A DNA stretch of 50,634 nucleotides. It comes from a virus (Duplodnaviria; Caudoviricetes). The notes beneath the pieces were generated by a model. That model was not told the origin of the DNA. It did not search any database and saw nothing but the letters and a program-made list of their open reading frames with translations. This document shows positions 44,718-50,634 of this stretch, piece by piece. Position numbers and translations under genes: made by a program. The number at the start of each line of letters is the position of its first letter. The stretch's first letter is position 1. Where the stretch lies: positions 1-50,634 of the IMG/VR virus record IMGVR_UViG_3300044490_000254. One strand, 5' to 3'.

Positions 44718-45526
44718 GGAAGCGTGCACGACTCTCACTATCCATGCTCCTGATCGTAGCGACAGGTTGCGCCTCGCTTCCACCGTCTCGCCCATCTCCC
44801 CTGCCGGAACCGCTGGATGCCTACGCCATGAATATCACGGCGCTCGACTTGACTGATCCGATTACAGCGGCATGTCGGTTGAATGTGTATCTGACGGAGA
44901 TCGAACAGGCCGGTCACCAGAAGCACATCCGTATCGTCTACCCGCCAGATTGGGGGCCATACATCTTGCAACACTGGTTCCCCGTCATCCGTAGTCACGG
45001 GTTTCGGGTGACGATCATTCTGGCACAAGAGCGAACGCCAGTTACCAATGTTGCAGCGTGGCTGACGGTGGGGATTCCGCCGATCAGAGACTTGATTGAT
45101 GGCGCAGAATTGATGAACGAGCCGAGCAGTACCTCGCAGATGGGGCCACATGAGTATGCCTTGTGGCACCGAGCATTACTGCCATTGGTTCGTCAAGCGC
45201 TTCCGGGCGTCCCAGTGCTCAGTCCGACTATTAACTTCGGAAAAGGATGGGAGACATGGCTCAGGCGTACCGGCTTGACCGTCGCGGCTGGCGACTATGA
45301 CATCATGTCCATTCATCCGCAAGGCGGATCGCAAGCCGAGATGAGACAGATCACGCAGATGGTCGGATCGCATCGCGTGTGGGCCACAGAGTCATTTTGG
45401 ACGGAACCGTCGAAACTGAGAGCGCTTGGCGTGAACGTCGAGCGAACCTACGTCTACACCTGGAACCCGGACCCACAGCATCCTGAACAAGTCTGGCGGC
45501 CGGGAGGAATGACGCCGCCATGTTAG
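44714..45526 (+). CDS. Lipoprotein with clan GH-A-like glycoside hydrolase domain
   Basis: MRKRARLSLSMLLIVATGC lipobox; ELMNEP, DIMSIHP, VWATES. Confidence 0.65.
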   Translation: MRKRARLSLSMLLIVATGCASLPPSRPSPLPEPLDAYAMNITALDLTDPITAACRLNVYLTEIEQAGHQKHIRIVYPPDWGPYILQHWFPVIRSHGFRVTIILAQERTPVTNVAAWLTVGIPPIRDLIDGAELMNEPSSTSQMGPHEYALWHRALLPLVRQALPGVPVLSPTINFGKGWETWLRRTGLTVAAGDYDIMSIHPQGGSQAEMRQITQMVGSHRVWATESFWTEPSKLRALGVNVERTYVYTWNPDPQHPEQVWRPGGMTPPC

Positions 45527-45651
45527 CGGAATGGTTGGCCCATAGCGGAACGCAGGGCTCGGTGGCAGTGGTCCGGTGGATTGTGCTGACGGTGCTCGCG
45601 ATCAGCATTGGGTATGGGCTGGCCGCTCTCGTTGTCTGGTGGCAGAGGTGA
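45520..45651 (+). CDS. 43-aa single-TM protein (not in the ORF track)
   Basis: GGAGG upstream; WIVLTVLAISIGYGLAALVVWW. Confidence 0.5.
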   Translation: MLAEWLAHSGTQGSVAVVRWIVLTVLAISIGYGLAALVVWWQR

Positions 45652-45654
45652 GCG

Positions 45655-46077
45655 ATGACATGGCGTGAGATCGTGACAGAGCAGTTGAGTCGGCACGAAG
45701 GGGTACGTCCAAGGCCATATCTCGATACCGAAGGCAAGACGACCATCGGCATCGGGCGGAACCTGACCGACAAGCCGCTGAGATTGGATGAGATCGACTA
45801 CCTCTTCCGGCACGATTTGGCCGACGCGGAAGAGGACGCCCGGACGGCAATAGGCGATGCAGTGTTTGAGGCGCTGTCGGATGCACGGAAAGCGGTATTG
45901 GTCAACATGGCGTTCAACCTCGGCCTGACGCGCCTGCGGAAGTTTAAGGACATGATTGCGTCGGTGAAGGCCGGTCAGTGGCAAGAAGCGAAGGCAGCTA
46001 TGCTCGATAGCCGATGGGCGCAACAAGTCGGGACGCGGGCGACGGAGTTGGCTGATTTAATGGTACGAGGATCGTGA
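45655..46077 (+). CDS. Endolysin, T4-lysozyme-like (GH24)
   Basis: RHEG..PYLDTEG.TTIGIGRNL, NMAFNLG, MLDSRWAQQV..RA. Confidence 0.93.
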   Translation: MTWREIVTEQLSRHEGVRPRPYLDTEGKTTIGIGRNLTDKPLRLDEIDYLFRHDLADAEEDARTAIGDAVFEALSDARKAVLVNMAFNLGLTRLRKFKDMIASVKAGQWQEAKAAMLDSRWAQQVGTRATELADLMVRGS

Positions 46078-46095
46078 TAAGGGGGGGGAGTATCA

Positions 46096-46209
46096 ATGAG
46101 ACGGTGGCTACTTGTTTTTACAGTGTGCGTGGCATTGAGTATGACTAGTTGTGCGGCAGCTAAGGGGCTGTGGGATTGGATTTCAGATCCGCATTGTTGC
46201 GGAGAGTAG
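46096..46209 (+). CDS. 37-aa lipoprotein (not in the ORF track)
   Basis: G-rich RBS; MRRWLLVFTVCVALSMTSC. Confidence 0.55.
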   Translation: MRRWLLVFTVCVALSMTSCAAAKGLWDWISDPHCCGE

Positions 46210-46227
46210 AAAGGAGGCATATGCGCA

Positions 46228-46467
46228 ATGGCTGATGAGCAGGCTGGTACACCGATCGTGGTAAGTGAAGATGAGGAGAATCCTCGGTCAGACAGTAAGT
46301 TGGTGATAGTCGTTCGTGCGTTGGTCAGGCCATACGTTACGGTGCTGTTCGGGACGGCGATGACGGTGGGGTGGCTGATGGGGAGAGTGTCCGGAGATGC
46401 CTTTTTGGGCACTGCCGGCATGGTCATCGGCTTTTGGTTCAGATCACGACAGGAGGCTAGTAAATGA
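46228..46467 (+). CDS. Holin-like 2-TM protein
   Basis: AGGAGG RBS; VRPYVT..TM..TM..FWFRSRQ. Confidence 0.7.
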   Translation: MADEQAGTPIVVSEDEENPRSDSKLVIVVRALVRPYVTVLFGTAMTVGWLMGRVSGDAFLGTAGMVIGFWFRSRQEASK

Positions 46468-46859
46468 ATCGTAGAGCGCAAGTTTTTGTTGGGTTGTTGC
46501 TGCTCGTAGCACTCGCGGCGTGCGCCACGACGCCGATCGGAAAGGCCGTACAATCAGCGCATGTCCAGAAGCAAATCGTAGAAGCCTCGGCGGTGGAGTT
46601 TGCCAAGCTCCACTTCCAGGGCAAAATTCCGGCTGACAAGTACGCGAAGGGACGAGACGCCTATGAGAAGTGGGCGGCTGGTGAAGTGGCGCTGGCGAAG
46701 TCTCTCGCCGATTGGAAACGGATCGGCGACACGGAAAGCAGCCAGCGCTTGAGCAAAGCCCTACAGCTATCCGGGGAGTTATTCAGATTGTGGTCGGAGG
46801 CGGTAGGTGGATTTGTTGATTTGGTTAAGATGAAATCACAGATTGAAGGAGGTAAATAA
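46464..46859 (+). CDS. Lipoprotein (possible spanin-like)
   Basis: LLLLVALAAC lipobox; helical body. Confidence 0.65.
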   Translation: MNRRAQVFVGLLLLVALAACATTPIGKAVQSAHVQKQIVEASAVEFAKLHFQGKIPADKYAKGRDAYEKWAAGEVALAKSLADWKRIGDTESSQRLSKALQLSGELFRLWSEAVGGFVDLVKMKSQIEGGK

Positions 46860-47119
46860 TGGACCCAGTAACAATTCTTACTATCGGCATCAAGGTCGCA
46901 ACGACCGCGTGGAATATGGCAAAGAGCGCTGGTCTGGTCGGCAGTCCTGAATGGGTCGCCTATGCGAATACCGGCCTGTCCGTCGTCAAGAAGGCGCAAG
47001 ACATTGTCGCCGAGATCAAGGCTGGCAGCACGAAGTATGATGACCTGACGCCGGAGGAGATTGAAACGCTGCTTAGACCCATGAGTTGGGAGGAGATCGA
47101 AGCCAAAGCGAAGGGATAG
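46859..47119 (+). CDS. Hypothetical amphipathic protein
   Basis: GGAGG RBS; MDPVTI N-terminus. Confidence 0.65.
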   Translation: MDPVTILTIGIKVATTAWNMAKSAGLVGSPEWVAYANTGLSVVKKAQDIVAEIKAGSTKYDDLTPEEIETLLRPMSWEEIEAKAKG

Positions 47120-47134
47120 CATAAAGACTCATAG

Positions 47135-47422
47135 TTATGCCTCCGTAATCAGGCCGCGCCTGAGCAGGCCGTCAATCTCATCCTCGCCTATCGTCCATCC
47201 CTCGATCATGTGTTTGGCCTGATCGTGGGTTACCAGCAGCATCCCTGGCGCCCTGTCGGGGTGTTCTTTATCTACGGTTGTGACCATGACCAGCTGCCCA
47301 GTATATCGCGCCTCCATCAGCAGGCGTGCGCCACAATACATGCCCTCCCGGTAGTCCGATGTCGAGCAGAGACAGAGCATCTGCTTCTGATCGTACAGTT
47401 TCCCGTTAATGACCTGCCGCAT
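47135..47422 (-). CDS. Hypothetical protein
   Basis: GGAGG RBS; MRQVINGKLYD N-terminus. Confidence 0.65.
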   Translation of the reverse strand: MRQVINGKLYDQKQMLCLCSTSDYREGMYCGARLLMEARYTGQLVMVTTVDKEHPDRAPGMLLVTHDQAKHMIEGWTIGEDEIDGLLRRGLITEA

Positions 47423-47750
47423 TGGTATCCTCCCTCCGCTGCTCGATCTGCGTGGTAAGCACCTGAGCCTGCGCCTTCCCGATCTTGACCGGCGGATGGT
47501 GATGCTGCCAACTATGTTCGGCCACGGCCTGCCATTCCGCGACATTCGCGGAGAGCACTTCCAGGCGGACGCCTAACCAGACGAAGCACGTCGCAAACCC
47601 CACCATCGCCGCAATCATTCCGACTGATACCATCTGCCACCTGCGCCGACGCTGGTGATCCTGCACGATCGCTGGCAACAGGTGACGGATGGGGTGTGAG
47701 GCGAGGCCGAAGCGAGAGAGTTCTTGAGTGAGACGGTCAGTGAGGGTCAT
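47406..47750 (-). CDS. Single-TM hypothetical protein
   Basis: TM segment MVSVGMIAAMVGFATCFVWLGV. Confidence 0.6.
   Translation of the reverse strand: MTLTDRLTQELSRFGLASHPIRHLLPAIVQDHQRRRRWQMVSVGMIAAMVGFATCFVWLGVRLEVLSANVAEWQAVAEHSWQHHHPPVKIGKAQAQVLTTQIEQRREDTNAAGH
47440..47469. repeat. 30-bp exact direct repeat, copy 1
   Basis: TGCTCGATCTGCGTGGTAAGCACCTGAGCC. Confidence 0.9.
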
Positions 47751-47899
47751 GACGTCTTCCTAATATCTGGCGCCATTTCCCGCCACAACTGTTCGGCGTT
47801 ATCTATGTGTTCACGTGCCTCTTGAATGCAGGATAAGAAATCACCACCAAGGTTCTTAGGAGCATTCTCAAGACAGACGCGGGCCTTAAAACAGTTCAT
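47747..47899 (-). CDS. Small hypothetical protein
   Basis: AGGAGG RBS before MNCFK. Confidence 0.5.
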   Translation of the reverse strand: MNCFKARVCLENAPKNLGGDFLSCIQEAREHIDNAEQLWREMAPDIRKTS

Positions 47900-47968
47900 T
47901 TTGCGCCTCCTTGAAAAGATACTTGTTGAGCCCTTCTTGTCGAATAGCTTGCATGGCATCGGTCGTAA

Positions 47969-48283
47969 TCATGTGCTATCTCCTTTCGTTGACGGCTGGT
48001 GGTGCAGATATTTACCAATCGCGTTGACCTTCTCATATTCCATTTTCAATATCTTGGCCCAACTAATATCACTCGCATTTGCGAGCATACCCATGGCGAC
48101 TCTAATGTCTGCTAGTTCTCTTTCCAAGGCCTCCCGGTTTGTTGGACCATGTTTCAGAAGTGGATTTGTCCTGTAACCATGACGCAATATCTTTCCAACC
48201 GCATGGATAGCTTCGCCAAGTTCCTCGACTAACAACGCGAGTCGCTCGGTTTCTGCTGGCGTCAGTCCATTAAATGACATCAT
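47969..48283 (-). CDS. MazG-like NTP pyrophosphohydrolase
   Basis: LVEELGEAIHAVGKILRHG...LERELADI (EExxE...ExxD). Confidence 0.75.
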   Translation of the reverse strand: MMSFNGLTPAETERLALLVEELGEAIHAVGKILRHGYRTNPLLKHGPTNREALERELADIRVAMGMLANASDISWAKILKMEYEKVNAIGKYLHHQPSTKGDST

Positions 48284-48529
48284 TTATTCTTCCTTCCCTC
48301 GTTGCTCGATCTGCGTGGTAAGCACCTGAGCCGCTGCAAGCGCCCGCTTATTATCCATCCGTTTACCACAGCAACCATACAATAGGCTAGCATTTACGCG
48401 CGTGGGTTTATTAAGCATCCAGAATAGACGAACAAATCTGATGGTCTCAGCGAGCTTCTGTGCGCAAGCAATACACATAGACGGTTCACCTTCTATCGCC
48501 ACCGCGAGAGCTTTCTTACTCTGCATCAT
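48284..48529 (-). CDS. Hypothetical protein
   Basis: AAGGAG upstream; shares C-terminal AQVLTTQIEQR with 47406-47750. Confidence 0.5.
   Translation of the reverse strand: MMQSKKALAVAIEGEPSMCIACAQKLAETIRFVRLFWMLNKPTRVNASLLYGCCGKRMDNKRALAAAQVLTTQIEQRGKEE
48303..48332. repeat. 30-bp exact direct repeat, copy 2
   Basis: Identical to 47440-47469. Confidence 0.9.
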
Positions 48530-48710
48530 CTCTTAGTCTTACTCCTTTTGTTGAGTGATTTGCCACCAGTGACACGCTCAGCCTGCCCGGTGGCCCGCAG
48601 GGAATTTGGAGAGGCCCATCGATCTGAACCCAGCCCGTTCAGGCTGCCCGCCGACCGATGGATCGCAGTCGTGCCATGCTGCGAGGACAACTAGGCGGGG
48701 TCATTTTCTC

Positions 48711-49118
48711 CTATGGGCACGCGACGATCTCAATTGTCGCCGGCTGTCCATTCACCCACGCTCTCCACGGACCGGCCAGCGTCCAGTGATCACCGTGGAC
48801 AATGGTCACAGAAAGAGTGTGATAGTCGCCTCCTGGCAGTTCTCCTGTGCCCGTCAACGCTGCCCGCACAAACTCTCCGCTTTCAGCAGAGACCGCCGCA
48901 CCAGCGAGGACTACGGCATGACCGCCATACCATTGACCGGATGTGGTAACTTGTGCCAATGATGGTGTGATTGGCGTCAGGTAACCCTTGAGCGAGAGAA
49001 CGATTTCTGTCCCAATAGGCCGCAGTACCACACAGGCCGAATCAGGGACTGTGGCATGTCCTACGGTGGCGAAAGTGAACAACCCTGCGATCATTCCTAC
49101 TGCGAGCATCCGCTTCAT
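48711..49118 (-). CDS. Secreted hypothetical protein
   Basis: AAGGAG RBS; signal peptide MKRMLAVGMIAGLFTFATVGHA. Confidence 0.7.
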   Translation of the reverse strand: MKRMLAVGMIAGLFTFATVGHATVPDSACVVLRPIGTEIVLSLKGYLTPITPSLAQVTTSGQWYGGHAVVLAGAAVSAESGEFVRAALTGTGELPGGDYHTLSVTIVHGDHWTLAGPWRAWVNGQPATIEIVACP

Positions 49119-49204
49119 GATTCTTCTCCTTTCAATGAGTAAGTGTGTTATGCTCTATTTGTGCCGCGGGGACTGGACGACGTTGAGAATGACCTTTCGT
49201 GGTT

Positions 49205-49411
49205 TCATGGCTTCCTCCTTTTCAGTAATGTATGATCTGATCCATCCGTTGCAACGCGCTCTACCGCTTCCGATGCCCGCTTCAAGCACTCAGCGAGACC
49301 GTCTTCACGCCGATGCTCGAATTGGACAATAGGATCGAGGTTGATCCTGACTTCGTACTGATGGATACCGGTACGTGATGGATTCTTGCTGATGTTGACG
49401 ATGGCGATCAT
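49205..49411 (-). CDS. Hypothetical protein
   Basis: MIAIVNIS..HQYEVRIN..FEHRREDGLAECL. Confidence 0.6.
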   Translation of the reverse strand: MIAIVNISKNPSRTGIHQYEVRINLDPIVQFEHRREDGLAECLKRASEAVERVATDGSDHTLLKRRKP

Positions 49412-49412
49412 G

Positions 49413-49700
49413 CTACCACTCCGTATAGACGTCAACGTGCAAAAACCCACGCTTTTTAAGTTCGCGCTTGATGAAAGCCTGAAGTCGGAAACATTCTGGG
49501 GCTGCATTATTAATCCACACTTCATGCCGAGCAACCCCGGCATCATCTATCACATATTCAGCACTGAAACATGACAGCTTGGCGAATTTGATTGGCTCTC
49601 CTCGAAAAACTTCCATATCTGATCCCACTGCTCGTGCTGCCGCCAACAGACACGCATCGGTCGCCGCTTGTCTGAGTTCTTTAAGGTCATACATGCTCAT
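49413..49700 (-). CDS. Hypothetical protein
   Basis: GGGGGAG RBS; ATGA overlap with the upstream gene. Confidence 0.6.
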   Translation of the reverse strand: MSMYDLKELRQAATDACLLAAARAVGSDMEVFRGEPIKFAKLSCFSAEYVIDDAGVARHEVWINNAAPECFRLQAFIKRELKKRGFLHVDVYTEW

Positions 49701-50119
49701 AGCAACATCTCCCCCCGCTCCGGTCGCCACCACCGGCTCAGTCCTGGTTCGTGCTCTGCCAGTTGTTGAGCCGCCATCTTACTGCCGGCCAGGGCCAGCC
49801 CCATGAGTTGTTTCCGCCGACGTAGATGCGCCTTGCGGTCCTCAGCCAATATGACGAAGGGAGAGCAGCGCTCTGTCTCACCTAACCTTTTTGCCGGTGC
49901 GTTCAAGAGCAATCTCCGTCCATTGGCAAGAAATCTCGCCGCGAACTGCTCCGCCTCAGTGGGGTCGATCCTATATTGCCTAGCTGCTCCTGACCGCCCC
50001 TCACCACGAAGCGTTACAGTAGCGTTCAGCATACCACTGCGAATTGCCTTTTGCACAGTATTTCTACTTATGCCAAGGCGAATCGCAAGTTCTTTTGGTG
50101 TAATCATCGGATCCATCAT
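49697..50119 (-). CDS. Excisionase/MerR-like HTH DNA-binding protein
   Basis: ITPKELAIRLGISRNTVQKAIRSGML.A...YRI. Confidence 0.8.
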   Translation of the reverse strand: MMDPMITPKELAIRLGISRNTVQKAIRSGMLNATVTLRGEGRSGAARQYRIDPTEAEQFAARFLANGRRLLLNAPAKRLGETERCSPFVILAEDRKAHLRRRKQLMGLALAGSKMAAQQLAEHEPGLSRWWRPERGEMLL

Positions 50120-50179
50120 GCTATGATAACTAAAACAACACTCACAATTAAGTAGCCAATAGCTATTTTGTCAGCCTCT

Positions 50180-50365
50180 TTAGGATCTTGTGAGGTCATT
50201 TGTCGCCTCCTCGTTGACGTGTCGACCAGCATCCCTGCATGTTCGGCATACGCCGCGCGCGTCTATTTCAGCTTGATAGACGCCGGGGTGAATGGTTTTA
50301 CATACGCGGCATCTTGCATGCTCGTTGGTTCTAACACGGTTCCATCTTGTCGAAGCCTTTATCAT
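50180..50365 (-). CDS. Small Zn-finger protein
   Basis: CRVC...CRTC. Confidence 0.55.
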   Translation of the reverse strand: MIKASTRWNRVRTNEHARCRVCKTIHPGVYQAEIDARGVCRTCRDAGRHVNEEATNDLTRS

Positions 50366-50634
50366 ACTTTCATCCCCTTCGCCTCAAGCCATGCAATCGG
50401 GTCATCCTCGCTAGTCTCTTCATCAAACCATGAGATCCACCCAGGCGTTCCCTTGCCGTCACTGTCGCTGTCAAACTGATCCAAACCGCCGGCATTGCTG
50501 AAATCTGGTTTGATGTTGTGTTCGAGTTGAAACAGGTCGTAGTCTGCTAAAATGATTAGCAGTTTCGCGCCCTCTTCTACAGTTGCAACGTCAACTGTGA
50601 AGGGTGTCGCCATTGGGATTTGCGGAATCCACCA
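50362..50634 (-). CDS. P22 gp17-like protein, 5'-truncated by the window edge
   Basis: Open from the edge: WWIPQIPMATPFTVDVATVEEG..LADYDLFQLEHNIKPDFSNAGGL, matching the remembered gp17 pattern. Confidence 0.7.
   Translation of the reverse strand, partial: WWIPQIPMATPFTVDVATVEEGAKLLIILADYDLFQLEHNIKPDFSNAGGLDQFDSDSDGKGTPGWISWFDEETSEDDPIAWLEAKGMKV

Noticed and set aside
50120-50175. AT-rich gap as a promoter for the HTH gene
   Set aside because: -10-like hexamers exist but I found no convincing -35 at proper spacing.
1-50634. CRISPR array, tRNA/rRNA genes, integrase/att site, reverse transcriptase or DGR
   Set aside because: I saw no spaced repeat array, cloverleaf, RT motif or adenine-variable repeat pair by eye. 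A tRNAscan/Infernal run would be needed to exclude small RNAs.

Overview
The window is a contiguous piece of a tailed dsDNA phage or prophage genome. Its lipoproteins and T4-type lysozyme suggest a diderm host (inference). The + strand (1-47119) carries, in order: the end of a split SbcD/SbcC recombination module, terminase, gmd and small ORFs, a sigma70-like promoter, a Mu-like head module (DUF935 portal, MuF, protease/scaffold, decoration protein, major capsid), an ~8 kb glycosyl/methyl/nucleotidyl-transferase cluster, a non-contractile tail module and a lipoprotein-rich lysis region. Small convergent minus-strand genes fill 47135-50634. The main highlight is a putative capsid-cargo effector system. 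The MuF protein carries an intein and a complete C-terminal type IB topoisomerase, and a stand-alone ADP-ribosyltransferase lies two small ORFs upstream. Each cargo domain begins with the same FDPNQPR-x3-G-x-W peptide, and both enzymes are followed by a tiny charged ORF. A second highlight is a probable virion-glycosylation island that includes a 1552-aa five-domain MTase/GT enzyme. All family calls come from motif recognition by eye; no searches were run.
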